Both the position numbers and the translations under genes were made by a program. The notes under the pieces are model-generated. The model was not told the origin of the DNA. It ran no database searches and worked only from the letters and a program-made list of their open reading frames with translations. 53,914 nt of DNA from Trichinella spiralis. Lineage: Eukaryota. The DNA lies in the NCBI RefSeq assembly GCF_000181795.1, contig NW_003526941.1:4746425-4800338 (forward strand), read 5' to 3'. Below, one piece after another: positions 24,459 to 39,490 of this stretch (its first letter is position 1; each line of letters begins with the position of its first letter).

Positions 24459-26661
24459 AATTTATTTTATTTTGTTTGTTTTTTTCCTAATTATCTATAA
24501 TTATTATGCTCTCTCTCTCTACATGTATAATATACGCATGCAATAGAGACAAATTACAACAAACGAAACGTACAAACAAATTTTTTTATCATTTATTCTA
24601 TTACACTGCTTTATATGTTCAGTTTTAACAACTTTTTTTATTGTTTTTCTTTTCAGCTTTTTTATTTTGTTTCAACCACTAATATTATTATAAGCGAATC
24701 GTCTTCGAACAATTCTTACCTCTTTCCATTGCGGCTGCGATCTCCTGCGATTGATTTATCATCGCTTACGCTGACGCTTCTCTGCTGTATTGTATCAAAC
24801 TTGTTTTGTTTACTTTATCCTATTATACAGTTCTATTTACACTCACGTAATTCATATTTTTTGTTTGTTTGTTTTCAAATCATACATTTTTTTGAAATCT
24901 TCTTTTAATCATCACTCCCTCTCTCTCTCTATATATATATATAGAAGTGCAAATATTCTCAACTGTTTATATTATTATTATTACCTGTTTGCATAATTTA
25001 ATCTTTTGTAGCATTTTGCTATTTTTTTGAAGTGTTTATTGTTTCAATTTTGTTTGCATTTGAATGTTCGCCTGTCGCTTACATTGTTTTTATATAAAAA
25101 TAAAATTTGTAATTTAAAATGTTTTCCATTTGACGCAAAACGCTTAAGTTGTGCATAATGCATGCGCGGTTGTTGCGTAATGAAAAAATTGTTAAAAACT
25201 GCTCATTTGTAAAAATGTTTTTTTGTTTATTATTTAATTAAATTTATGTATTTTTTTAGTTACAATTTATTACAGTCGACGTAAAATTATTCTTCTGTTA
25301 GTTGTGATCAAATTTTGCGTTCAAGTATTTCCATTCTACTGTTTAATTAATTAAACATTTTTTTGAATGCAATCTCCGTTCATTTCGTATTCATTATATT
25401 TAATAAAATATGCTTTTTAAAGCATTTATTTTTCAACTGTTTTCAAATTACTTTTTATTTATCTATTTTTCTATTGAAAATTTATTCCACTTCTATTGTA
25501 ATACTCTATTTTTGTTTACTGTACTTTCATACTGTTCGTTCAATTGAATTTGTTCTCTTGCATGTTTTGAGAAAAAAATAAAATTAATTCAAATTCAAAT
25601 TCATACTGTCCTACATTTTCAAATATCGATTCAAATTATATTGAGCATGGAATTTTGCGCTGTACTTTATTAAAAGTAAGCAGTAGAATTCCTGATTTTT
25701 TTTGCAGGTGTTGTAAATCTTTAATCTGAATTATACATTTTATCATATTTGATATGATGTACTTTTGAAAATTTTTGCATAAGAACGGCATTTCAAGTGT
25801 GTACAAAATGTTTAATTGAAAGTGTTAAAATTGTTTTGATGTTAACTTTTTTTTAATTTAAATTTCAGAGTATTTAAAAAGTATTTAAAATTTTACTTAT
25901 TTCTTATCAGTAATTATAGTTACTGTGAATAATTTTAGATACAATAAAACTTTTTTTTTAATGTATATATACGAGTGTACGTAGTGATTAGGTAAAAGTC
26001 AACGGCCGATGGTCGATTCAACAGGTCTGAAGATTGTTTATTTTTACACTTGACAAGTTTCCACGCATGAATGACTATCGTAAGTCACGTTATGAGTCAG
26101 TTGCAATTTTATTTTCATTAGTAATTCCTTTCGTGAAATATACTGATTTGAAAGTTTTCATTTTAAGATTTTTATCATTATTCAAGTATTTGCACGGTTT
26201 CATTTCGACTTTATATTTGATGCGTTGTTTTGATAATTGTATTTACTGTATAGTATACCGTTTTGTTGTAATGTTATACATGTATGGGTGTAGATTATTG
26301 ATTAATTAAATTAATAAAAAAAGGCCTATTTGATTCATCTACTGAACTTAACAACATTTCAAATGAATAAATTTATATAACTGATATTTTTTTTAATAAT
26401 TTATTCCAAGTATGCTTTTGTTGAAGTTGATTTTGTATAATTATGTACATAAAAAGGATTTGACTGAAAGTAAGTTTATTAAAAGAAAAATGAATTTTTT
26501 ATGCATTACTGTTATAGCAATTTGATTTATAGCAGTGCAAATTTTTTTTTCTAATTTGAAATTACGTCGTTAATTGAATTTTGAAATTTATTTCCAAATT
26601 ATTGATTTCTGTGATTCACTTTCTACATCGAATCAATCTATATGTTGAGCGTGATTTTCAG

Positions 26662-29003
26662 ATGACTGAACGTAGTCCATCGTTGAACGATCCGTTTCAT
26701 TTCATCAATGAACGCCAAGTTGACAACATTTCTTTGGAATTTTTCTACAAGCCCCACACGATCACCGCTTTGGCTTGTAGTATCATTCTTCTGTTCATCT
26801 GGGCATTCACGAGGTAAATCATCAAACAAACATTCATTCTTTTTATTGTTGATGATTATGATGCAAAGTGGCATTTTTAAGAAAGAAAAAATAATTGAAA
26901 TTTCAGTTCAATTTCAAAAGTCGATTTTTCATCAAATTAAATTTCTCTTCTTATAGAAATCTGATTGCATTAAAATAAAATCTGATTAATACTTTCTTGT
27001 TATTAACAAGTATATCGTATTAGTTACAGATTTTATTTTACCGGTTTAAGTGAACAGTAATATTGATGACCAAGTATTATCTTAATACAGTATTAAGCAA
27101 GTTGTAAGAAAAAGGAAAAAACACACTCAATTAATTAATTATTTATTTAAATACATATATGGCAATATTTAGATTTTAAGTGTAGTTTATGAGCAGTACT
27201 ATTTTCTCATTTGGAATCTTTGTATTTTAAATTGATTGCAATGTTATTATTTTCAGATCTGATAGTGCATTGGAAAAGAATATATGGAACGGGCTTCAAG
27301 CAGTTCTTTTCATGTTCATCATGATCAGCTTAATATGCTTCCCAAATGGTAATTGTTGAATGATATTTTTTTCTGTTCGTTAATAATTATTAACATAGCA
27401 ATTTTCACTCAGGTCCATTTACTCGTCCACATCCAGCTTTGTGGAGAATAGTTTTCGGTTGGTTTGGATAATTTTGTTTAAAAAAATTGTCTATTTTTCC
27501 ATATTCAGGTTTGAGTGTATTCTATTTGATGAGTTTGCAGTTTTTACTTTTTCAAAATTTCAACGATGTCAAAGCAATTTTACGTTGGTTGGACCCGGAA
27601 AGATTGAACAAGATGAAATTGGAAGAAAAAGTGAAAAAATTGTCCATTATATACATATATATGTTTGCTGATTAATTGTTTTTTGTTTGGTTCGTATAAT
27701 TTTAAGGAATATGCTGTTAATTGTTCCCAAGTGAACGCTACACGCATCTGGTCTCAGTTGGACATTTTCGCGGCTGGTCATTTTTGCGGCTGGGCTATGA
27801 AAGCGATGCTTGTCCGTCATTACGGTATTTGTTGGTACATCAGCGTATCTTGGGAAATTACAGAAGTTCAGTTATTTTTATTTTCTATTTTCTCTTACGA
27901 ATCTATTCGCATATGTTTCAGATAGCTTTCAGCCATTTGTTGCCAAATTTTCAAGAATGTTGGTGGGATGCAATCATTTTGGATATTCTTTTGTGCAACG
28001 GACTTGGCATCTGGGTAGGTATGGTGGTGTGTCGCAAATTAGAAATGCGCAATTATCATTGGGAAAGTATCAGGTGAACAATTTGCATATTTATAATTCA
28101 TCGTCGGTTGTTTTACTGAATGTAATTTTGCACTTTAAACTTTTTTTCAGGCAAATTCGAGGCACTAGCGGTAAATTGAAACGCGCTGCGTTGCAATTCA
28201 CCCCGGAAAGCTGGACCACCGTACGATGGATGGATCCGAATTGTACTTACATGCGCATCATTGCTGTTTGGATATTGGTCGTCATTTGGCAGGTTCAACT
28301 GAATGATATTTTTTGATATTGTCTTTATTTAAATTTATTATGCTTTCAGGTTACAGAATTGAATACATTTTTCATTAAGCATATTTTCGCCATCGACACT
28401 AGTCATCCGTTGGTGATTTTTCGATTATTTTTGATCGCTTTGATTGTCGCGCCGACCATTCGACAATATTACAAATATGTCACCGATCCCAACTGTACTC
28501 GAGTTGGTACGCAGTTGTGGGTATTTTGGTATGCAGCTGTTCGACATTGTTGTGATTGGATTTTGAACGATCAATTTTCATACTGTAATTTTTCAGCGCT
28601 ATAACACTTACCGAAGCCATTTTGTGCATCAAGTTCAGCAGAGAACTTTTCGCTCAAACTCAACTACTCCTACTTTGCATATGGTTGCTTGTTTTGGTAA
28701 ATTTGAAAAGCGAATTTTTTCAAAATCAGTTTTCATTTCGACTATTTTTTTGTAATTATAAATTTCTCATTGCAGCTATTTGGCACAGTCGTGTGCGTTT
28801 ATTTGTGCATTGCATGGACTTCGAGAAGTCAAAAGGATAACAGTGATTTTCAGGCGAATAATGATTTGAATGTGAAAAAAATTTCCCTATCCACAACAAC
28901 AACAACAGGAACTGATATGACAACAAAAAATCCGATTTTGCAAGTCGATATGCTCAAATGTCGTCGACGTGCAAATTCGCAGCCAATGGAACAAGCTGAC
29001 TGA
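26662..29003 (+). CDS. pssy-1: Phosphatidylserine synthase (base-exchange, PTDSS1-like)
   Basis: Motifs [106 protein letters not shown]. Confidence 0.96.
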
Positions 29004-29324
29004 CCGACCGACTGACGACTTGTTCGTTTTCTTTATTTTTTTGCGTAGCTGTTTTGTTGTTTACTTTTCGTTGCTGTTTTTTTTGCTTATTTTGATTATT
29101 TGTTTGCTTCAATTGCAGTGCAGAAATTGAAATGATGAGCAAAAATTTCTAAATGATTTGTTTAACGGACGCATTTGATTCAATAGTAAAATTGAAATTG
29201 AAAAATGAAACTTTATTCGATTTATTCGTTATTAGGCGATTGGGTTTCATTATCACCCTTATTGTATTATCTTTATTATGTATTATTTTTACTTTTTCAC
29301 GTCGACAGTTTTATAGGCAAATAA

Positions 29325-30417
29325 ATGGAGAAGCGTAATGTTGTTGTTGCAATAGTGGAAAAGTATCACCCAGACTTGTATTTAATTTGGAATGTCGACG
29401 GTCATTTTTTAATAAATTATTATGCTTCAAAAAGAAAATTAAAAAATATATATATATTGTTTCAGCTATTGAACATTTTCGCAATGAACACAGAAAAATT
29501 GGCTGTTTTATGAACATGTGCATTTCGAAGACGAGGAACAGTTTGCCGTTGCAGATTACCGCCGAAGAGTTGATCTATCTGCGTAGTATGTGCTTGGAAA
29601 TGAGCTTTATTTATTTATTTATTTATTTATTTGTTGTTGCTTTGTGTCTTTATTTATTATTTTTTTTTCTTCCTCAGATCAAACTTGTTGCACAGTGCAC
29701 GTTGTCGATAAGAGTCTGCTGTCGAATGTCGCTTTCGAAGCCCACATTCAAAAACAATTGCAAATTGACAGATTAGCGGTACAAATGATTTGCATAATTT
29801 TTTAAATTTTTGTCAAAAATGCTTCGACAGGTTTTTGCATTTTTTCAATTCAGATTTCACGCTGTCAACATCAACTGATTCATGATTACAACAATTTGGT
29901 GAAAAAAATAACTGTCGGCGACATTGGCCAACAATCACAATCGATGGTATGTTTGCTTTTTATTATTAAAATTGCAGAAAATAATTTATGAGAAAGATTC
30001 GTATTGAAATGCTGCTTTTCAGAAGCTGATGCCAGTTGAAAAGTCCACACAAGTGCCTAGTGATGTATTGTCTGCTTTGAAGGAGCAATTTTTCACTACC
30101 GGAGGTTTGAAATTCGGCTGCCATCTGCTTCTTTATCCAGGTTTTTTCGAGGGAAAAATTTCGGATATCAGGGGAAAAATGCAATATTTTCAGGTAATCC
30201 ACTTTGTTATCACGCATCCCACATGTTCTACTATTTTCGACCGGACGATCCGGTGATGGTCAAAAATTTACTGACCCGCTGTCGCCTGGGTACGCATGTG
30301 AACAAGGCGGTGGTACTGGCTACCAAAAAACCAAATGGAACACAAATATACATCACGTTCAATCACGTCAAAATTGGAAAATCTGGAAAATCGAATTTCT
30401 TTTTTAAAAATATTTAA
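29325..30417 (+). CDS. TSEN34: tRNA-splicing endonuclease catalytic subunit Sen34
   Basis: N-terminal LIWNVD-AIEHFRNEHRKIG...LPLQITAEE. Catalytic region TTGGLKFGCHLLLYPG-NPLCYHAS...CRLGTHVNKAVVLA retains the Tyr/His/Lys triad. Confidence 0.88.
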
Positions 30418-31774
30418 AATTCATACCCACTATTATATTATTGTATAATTTGCATTCATATTTCTCTTCATTTTTTGATTTACAATAATACTCGAATTTT
30501 TTTAGATGAAAAATTTTAGAAAACAAATATGGAAAGAAATTTATTGTAGAAAAATCTATTTCCTGTTTTATTATGTTCGTTGCTTTAAGTAAGCATTGCG
30601 ATAAATTCTCTCTCAACTGATAGGTATGTAAATTTTGTGCAATGAAATATTTGCCATTTCTGTGATGAGAGAATTCGGTGATAATGTTGGTCACTTTTTT
30701 GGTTATTTATTTGCCAATGCTTTCAGTGTCATTGAAAATTGATCAAACTGTTGCAAATTATAGAATGTCATTGATACTGTTCATTTTTTGATCAGTGTCA
30801 ATGTTAAATTATTGCTGTATACAGTACAATCGTTGACACACTACACACGCGCGCGCACACATTCTTAATAAATAATAATAATGATTATGATTATGATAAT
30901 AACTTAATACTTTGATAAACGAATTAGCTTGCTGTTAGGCTTTATTTTTTTTGAATTATGTTTCTGCATTTAATAGCGTCAGTTTTGTGATATGCAGGAT
31001 AGTATTTGTATTCCTTGTACAGCAAGTACAGGGCGCTGCTATGAAAAAGAGTCCGTTGCCATCGAAACGTTGCGATGTTCTGATTTTGACTGATGCTTTT
31101 ATGTTGAGCTGCATTGACTATTATGTCAAGATATTTTAGTAAGTGGAAAATTTTCATACTATTTCTTCTTTTTCATCCTTTTCTGTTTTTGTCATTAGTC
31201 AATCACAATATTGACATGTCGCATGATAGTTTTGTAAGTTTCTTTTTTGGTTTAAATGAAACCTAATTTTTATTTATTGAATTATTTTTTTTTGCAGATT
31301 TCAATTTACTTTCATATCATATATTTATTTATCTTTTCTTTTCTTTAATATCTTCTGCTGCTATAAAGTATTTTATTCATGATTATGTTGTGTAAATTAT
31401 GCATTTTCCTTGTTTTCTGTTTCCATTATTATAGTGAGTTATAGAACATTGTAGAATAATAAAAAAAGCAAATTTTTGAGCCGTTGAAATTTCCAATTCA
31501 TTTTTGAACTTTAAAACAGGCATTGATGTGTTTTTATTGAGCTGAAAGTTTTGCTATTTTGGTTCGGCAACTGATTTGTATTGAAAAAATTCATCCATTA
31601 ATACATAATGTAAACCGAATTTCTTAAGTTTGACATCTGCGGAGCTTGTAATTTTGTAAGCCAGCGAGTTTATCAGTTTGAAAACTGTTTCTATTATAAA
31701 CTTAAACGACTCGATTTGTTTCTAATTTTTCGACTTGAATCTTACGGATGTTTTACAATGTTTACAATTTTTAG

Positions 31775-34700
31775 ATATTGATGGCCTTTTTTCGGATGTG
31801 GAGAAAACAAAGGAGCAGTTGGAAGAAATTCGCCGGAAACTTGATCAAGCAAAGCGATCGTGCTTCATTGGCGAATCAGAGGTCAACGTTTCCAATGATG
31901 AAGTATGAAAAATAAATTCAAATTAACATAATAATTCACCACTTTTCATCTTTAAACTGTGGCAGATTGTTTTCTAAAAATAGCACATTATTCTATTTTT
32001 TGCGTTTCTTTCTTTTTGCCTTTACTCAATACTTACAGTATTTTGTAAAGTAGGTACTAATTCAATTTTTTGAATTTTGTTGTTTTTACTGGTAATAAAA
32101 AAATTGTTTTAGAAATTCAAATTCAATTATATGCATAATTTTAATTATTTTAAATGTATTTTTAGAGAAAGCCAATGCAAAAAAAGTCTAAAATATTGCA
32201 AGCTTACATAAAATATTTTGTATTTTTAATTTTTGTACTTTTTTGTTTAACATATATATTCTAGTATTTTCACTTGTTCATTATTATAAGTTTAATAATT
32301 GTGTATTTATTTGTTTAAAGGTGCCTTTTCGTTTTCGAACCAATTCTCGTTATCAAGCACTATCCCATCCCAGTCGACGTTTTGCATTTGACAAAGGTAC
32401 AGTTGGTTTTCAGTGATTTTTGCATTGTATTTTTATTTTGAAAATCTCTGTTTCGTTGTAATTATATATTTTTTGTGTAATTGTAATTGATATTTTTTAG
32501 TATTTTTTATCGTGAAATATGAAAACTTTACTAATATTTATTTGTTTTTACCATTTAGACCGTCGACAAAGAGAAGCTTCTTACAGGATTTCTCGACTTA
32601 AAAACTTTGCACCATGCTTGACTGAAATTGGCAAATCTAAAGTATTGCATGATGGCAATATTTCGAAGTTGTCCAATGGCTCTGATGATGATCCGGTTGA
32701 ACTGTTGTCCAGTGTGAACAAGAAGTCTACTAAATCCCTGTCAAATTCTCCAGGAGCAACTAAATCTACACCAGTTCAACCTGCTGTACCGATACATCTC
32801 AAACCGAATCAACCTTCTGTTTCGAACTGTTTTCAACGAAATTCGCTAAAAGACAAAAGAAAAGAAAAAATTCCTGTCAGGAGGGATGTATCTTCACAAA
32901 CTTGCCCTTCTTCAAAATCGAAAACTGTTTCCAATCTGCCGGATATTGATGCAATTCGTAGACGATACTTTCGAGGTAAGGCAGTAGTGCATAATAGGAA
33001 TAAAGAATGCTAATTTGTTAAAAATTTCTGATTGCCATTTGTACAGAGATGAAAATTAATGATCGTCAAGATGATAAAAGATTATCTGTGCAAGCGAATG
33101 AAAAAGGTTGTCAAATGAATAACAAGAAAACAGCTGAAGCTGCTCCTGCAAACCATACCGACAAGTCGTCTTCAGCAGGCATAATTCGAGATTGCAAGCA
33201 ACGTCATTATAATCGTGATGAGATAAGAAAATTTATACGTGACCGGCATCGTAAACGGCTCAAAGAAGTTGCTGCATTGCACAAAGTTTTCCAACAAACA
33301 AAAACTACTAGTCCAAGTAGTCGTCAAATTCCGATGGTTACATCATTTGGACATCCTCAAGACAAGCAATCTTTGAAATTAGTCGTCGATCAGATCAGGT
33401 AGGTTTGAAAATATTTCTTAAATGCCAGATAAAATATAATTATTGTTACTTTGCTTGTTTTAAATCTGAACCACTTTTGAACTTTGAATTTTAATCTCTT
33501 GAATTTTTATGTGTTTGTTGTATTGAATTTTAGGAAGCGCTATGACGGGTACTTAAATAATAATCTGAATCACATTCCAATAATTGGAAATGCACAGCAA
33601 CCCGTATCTCAAGAACGTTTTAATAAAGATGCTGAAATGCAGACTGATGCGGTTGTGATAAAAGCCAGGGAAATTGGTAGAAAATTTCGAAAAATAAAAG
33701 GTTTACTCTAATAATCATTGTTATGTGGAATATTTTGTTTATTTTTTTAAAACATTCTTTAACTTTTAGATGTAAATATAAATGAAAGCTTGGAAAAAGT
33801 GGTCGTGGACGATGAAACTTCAGGACAGGAACGATTGGCATTGAAGATGACAGATTTTAGTGGTGATAGCAGTAGTACTGAAAGTGGTAATAAATCTTCC
33901 GAAAAGTTGGCATCTTCAACCAGTACTGAAAATGTACAAGAATTTGAACAGCGAACACCACCTGAATTGAGAAGTGCTAAAATAACAGAGGTAAGGAGAT
34001 GTTTGCAGTGTTTTGTAGCATGTTGCAGGCAAAACAAAACTTGTTGATAAATTAAAATTAGCATTAGGTTGAAAATGTTTTCTTTTGAAATGAATATCAG
34101 TGAAATGAAAAAGTTCATTTAGGTTGTATCGAGCAGTAGTGTTGTTGAAGAGTATGAAAGTGCCGTACCAAACTCCTCCTCCACTAGCTCTGTCAGCGTC
34201 TCTACACAACGTCAAACCACTGCTTCGGACTCTTCCGTTTCTCGAGATATTGCCAATCAGTTCTCTGCTTCCATTTCAAGTAATATAGTTATTTGTTTCA
34301 TAAAAAACGGCCTACATGAAGTATTTTTTTTAGAAAAACAAAGCCCTGTTGCTGCGAATTCTATACCAATGACTTCCGGTAGGGAAACAAAGCGTACTCG
34401 TGCTACTGAATCAGAAGTTAGTGAAATTCCATGTAAGTGTTTCTTCTTTTTCTTCTTCTTTCATTGTAACTTCAGTAATTTCATATATATATATATGAAC
34501 ATGGTTGTTTTTATTTTTATTTACTTTTGCTAGTTTTAGCAGAGACTAGTTGCAGCAATAATGCTAACAATAATGCATCATCAGCACATAGTGGTGAAAA
34601 GCCGAAAGACACTTCTGTCAAAAATATTTCTCACAATTCGTGGAGCACTGAAGAAGTAGCATGCATGATTTGGGCTTTTTGATTTGGTTGTATTCGATCG

Positions 34701-37217
34701 GAAATGCATAATACTGTTGTAAATGTAGGAAGTATTCGGAAAAGATTTGGTCAAAGGTTCGAAATCATTGTATCGTCAAGCAGAAGTGGTTGACAACAAT
34801 GATGAGTTGGAACGTTGGTCGAGGATTCACATGAAAGCTCTGCGCAACTACTTTCAAATGCAAATTGCTCTTTTGCACGCAGAAAAAAAGTGAGAAATTT
34901 TATTTTATTTTTTTTGTTTCATTAATTGTTTTTGTTCTATTTAATGAATTCAGAATGAATCCAGAAAACAGAGCGAAGCTATTCGATCAGAAAATTTCCA
35001 CTCTTCAGCGTATCATGGAAGATGAAAATCGTACATTGCGTCAGTCAGTTGTATCAGTTATTGATGAAGTAGGTTCAGTTTTATATTTATATAGTAGTTT
35101 TGGAATGGTAAGAATAATGAAAATATTTTTTTATTCCAACAGATCAAGGAAGTAGCAAATTTGCAAGAGAGAACGGCACGGTTGCAAAAGACATTGTCAT
35201 CTATGTACAGTGAAAAAGCCAGTTCTTCATCTAAAAAGCGTTCATCAGACAGAGTCAAGTGTAGTGGAAGTTGGTTGATTGGAATCAGTTATGCAAATTT
35301 TATGCAATTTAAACTGTTATTTCTGTTTTCAAGCTGTGGAAAGGTGGACACGTTCTTCAGAATCATCCACTGCTGAAGAATCTGAGAATCGTCAAACAAT
35401 GTGGTATGCAGCGACTACTCAACAGCACCAACAAGCAGAACACCAGCAAGAATCCGGCAACGACGTCTCTACAGCATCATCATCTTCATCACTATTATCA
35501 TGTATTTCAGTTTTGCATCAATATTTTTTGTTTATTTGTTTCTATATAATTGGTATGAAAATTTTTTAGTTGGTCGTGGAGAGTTGGACGCGAGAATACG
35601 AGCGTTGAGGAGTGAATTGAAGGCGAAAAAGGAAACGGCCCGCCGTTTGGCTATGGAATACAAGCAGAAAAGTCGCGAACAGATGGCTGTTCACGAACGT
35701 TCGTTGCGCAAGCAAATTGAAGTATGAAAGGGTGTTTTGTTTTCTCATTTTTCAAGTTCACTGATGATATTCACTTCATTTGCATTCAGATATACGAGAA
35801 TAGTATTGCGAAAACTGAAAAGCATTTAGCTGAATTGGAGAGTGGAGAGCAGAAGAATTTACGACGGTCGCAGTCTCCGAAAATATGTAGCCCCAGATCG
35901 AGTCCTCGCAAATCAACCCCGGAAGCATTATCCGGTAGGTGATAATGTGCGTGGGAATATGTTTATTTAAATGTGAATCCATTTTCAGCCAGAAGTGATT
36001 CTGTCATTAGCTTTATTGTACCATCGTTGCCAGCGGATACTGGCAGACCTTCAGATTTGGAAAAGCCGGTTGGAAGCTCACAGTTGGTCCTTTCTGAACA
36101 AGCCAAAATTGTTGAACTTGAGGAGGATTTGTTGGAGAAAGATCAAGTAAACAGTGCCGAAGGCGACCAACAACGACAATATTATTCATCAGCGACAACG
36201 GCGGCTAGTTTTGAAGCAATTAGTCCTAGACGAATTCATCGCCAATCAAGCGCTGATTCTACCATCATTACCCGTTGCTCGTCCAAGGTAACTAACTAAA
36301 TTACTTACTTAATTAATTGATCTCGATCGTTAATTGTAAGTATCGCGATTTGTAAAATGGTAATTTTGAAACGACCTGAGTAAATAACAATTTTAATTTT
36401 ATATTTATACAGAAAAGTTTTTCCGATTTTACCGATATGATGAATTTTAATTGTTCTTCTATTCAAGCCCGAAGTGCCGAGACTGGAATTGTCGAACGAA
36501 GAGTTGGATAATGTTGGTCAAGGTGCGAATTCAGAGAACGCCTTGACTGACAGTCGGAATGCGGCTTTTTTGGACCGGCATTTCGAAGATCCAGGAAGTC
36601 AGGCGATATTGTCAGCGTCGTCGGGTGTTTTAATCCCAACATCCGAAACCGAATTGTCGTCGATCGTGGACACTTGCGCGAGAAGTCTTTACAAGCAGCT
36701 TGTGGCCGGTGAGCCGCTTTGCCAGACTCGCAAGCCGGCTGAGCTTTATTTCGTCGGCTGCGACAAAGCCCCATCCGCATTGCTGTCGCCCACGCGTCCA
36801 CACCAAGATTCGGATCGTGTGTTCCGGGATTTTTTGTTCGACTTGTGCCGTGAAATTGGTGTCGATCAGTTCGACAAATCCAACACCGGCGACAAGTGGA
36901 AACTGCCCAGACCGAGACCTGTGCAGGCGGCTGCTTTCTACCTACAACATCCCGATTCTGAGCAGCACTTCTTGAAGACTGTGGTTGCCGAAGCGGGACG
37001 TCTTTTGCAAGCCGGCGACGCCACGCCCGACAGGCGCCGTCTGGATGCAGTCAGCAGGCGAGCTTGGGATGCGGTCGAGCAGGCGGCATTGTTGGAGATG
37101 TTCGACGAAGAACCGGCGTGGTGCGTTTTCGACGATGAAGAAGAATTGTTGCTCAAGAAAGCTTCATCCGAAGCTGCGGAGCAAATGTTCACCAGTACGT
37201 TGAATAAAAGTCACTGA
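31775..37217 (+). CDS. CEP350: CEP350-like centrosomal coiled-coil protein (5' end uncertain; possible first exon ATG at 31123)
   Basis: Blocks resembling CEP350 as I recall it: RHYNRDEIRKFI; ELDARIRALRSELKAKK...REQMAVHERSLRKQIEIYENSIAKTEKHL; and C-terminal FLFDLCREI...W..PR...LLEMFDEEPAWCVFDDEE. Confidence 0.72.
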
Positions 37218-38064
37218 ACTTTGATCGATTTTGCATTCCACTTATTCATCTTTCCTTGCACATAATTTTTTTTTATTTTGTTGGATTATTTTTCAATAAA
37301 ACAATTATAATTGAGCAAATTGACCTTTTATCTTAGAAACAAGTGACCTATTCTACTGCAAAGTCAGTACGACGTTGAACACGTTGAAATACTTTTCTGT
37401 CTACATTGTTTATCACTAGTGCTTATTTGATCAGTTTATTTCAGCAACTGTACTTGATACGGCAAAGCAATTACGCTCTTTTTTGCTCATGCTCAGACTC
37501 TTTTGTACTGACTTTTTTGACAAGAGCAGCAGCAGCAGTTGTTGTGGTTTGTTTGTTCCCGGCGCACTTTTGTCTATCGTGTAGAATTATTTCACACACG
37601 AAAATCACGAATCGTTTATTTCAAATTTGCAAGAAACACCGACTACCAAATTGCCATTGTCAAGCCTACTCCGTACCGTACACGTATGTATCTTGCAAGC
37701 AGTTTTTTTTCTTTTTTTCTGAAGTAAATTTCCTTTTCAGCAATCAATTTATTTAACTAATTCATTATTGTACAATAAATTTTTTGAACGATAAATGTTA
37801 CAATATTGCAATCGAAAATAAGATATACTTGAAATTCTATACTTCTTACTGTATTAATATTTGCATAGCTAAATGTTTTTTCTTTGTGTGAATGTTAATT
37901 TTTATTTTTAAATTTGTTGTTTGTTAAATTGACGAGAAAAAAACATCTTTCAATGTTATTTACATTTTATGACTGAATGATCAATTACCGAACAGTGCAC
38001 TGTTATTCGTTTATTAATAGTTTTGATTTATTTGCAGTTGTTTCGTGGTGGTTTTCGATACATA

Positions 38065-38794
38065 ATGTTGCGAAGTATGTCATTTTTCATATATATATTT
38101 TTTTAAAACTTTTTTATCATTAATTCCAATTTTGTCATAGGTTTTCGTTTGGCTCTAATACAAAATCTTGTTTCTGCTGATAAGAATGAAAATTTACTTC
38201 GAATTGGTGAAAAAATAGCTGAAGCTGCACGAAACGGTGCCAAACTTGTCGTACTTCCAGTAAGTTCACTTGCTACATACACATCCGTACAGTAATTTAT
38301 TCACTTACTTTAGGAATGTTTCAATTCTCCATTTGGCAATGAATATTTTCCAATTTATGCGGAAAGTTTGCAAGATGGTCCGACGGTGAAACATTTGTCC
38401 AATTTTGCCAAGCAAAATGATATCTATATCATTGGAGGTGTGTGGAAATTGCGCTGGTTGATTTTGACATCAATGATTTATTATTTTTCGATAGTAAATT
38501 TGAATTTAAACGTTATCGTTGCAGGTTCTATGCCAGAATCAGGGAATGGAGCAACAATTTACAATTGTTGCCCATTGTTCAATAGACAGGGCAATTTGGT
38601 GGGTAAATATCACAAGGTAGAATTGCTTTTTGTCGTTGAAATTTGACAATATTAAAATTTACACATTTGGCTATCATTCAGATGCATCTGTTTGACGTAG
38701 ACATTCCTAATAAGCTACAATTTAAAGAATCCGACGTAATCACTCCTGGAAAGCAGCCGGTCATTTTTAGAACAGGTATAATACATTTGGGGAA

Positions 38795-38825
<31 letters not shown>

Positions 38826-39490
38826 AAAAATGTACTTGCTTTTAGAATTTTGCAACATTGGAATTGGAATTTGTTACGATGTTCGCTTTTTTGAATTGGC
38901 TTATATGTATAACGAAGAAGGTTTGTAGGATTCTCACAAGTATTTTGATTATATTATTGGAAAAAAATAATTGCTTCATTTTTATATTTATTTAGTGTAC
39001 TAATTGAGCTGTTTTTTTCAATATTAGATTGCAAATTGTTGGTTTATCCAAGCGCATTCAGTAAAACAACTGGTCCGTTGCATTGGGAACTTTTGGCTCG
39101 AAGTCGAGCTGCGGAAAGTCAATGCTACGTCGTGATGTGTTCTCCTGCTCGAGATGAAACATGCACATATCCTGCATGGGGTTACAGTGTTGTTACTAAT
39201 CCTTTGTAGGTTTTGAATCGGATTTGGGTTTGTATAAGTTCATGATGAAATGAGCGTTCTCAAATTCAGAGGTGAAATCGTCTGTATGGCAAATGAATCA
39301 GAAGAAATCATTTACGCTGATATAAGTGAGAGAAAGAAATAATTTAAAAAAAATTTGCACTGTTTAATAGTTTGTTAATTTAGATTTGCAATTGGTTGAT
39401 GACGTACGAACAAACATGCCACTGATGAAACATCGACGATATGATATTTATCGGACCACGTTCAGCGTACCGGTAAAATATTGCGGTTGA
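38065..39490 (+). CDS. NIT2: Omega-amidase Nit2 (nitrilase superfamily)
   Basis: Motifs [21 protein letters not shown] (Glu), [16 protein letters not shown] (Lys), [11 protein letters not shown] (Cys), [19 protein letters not shown]. Confidence 0.93.
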
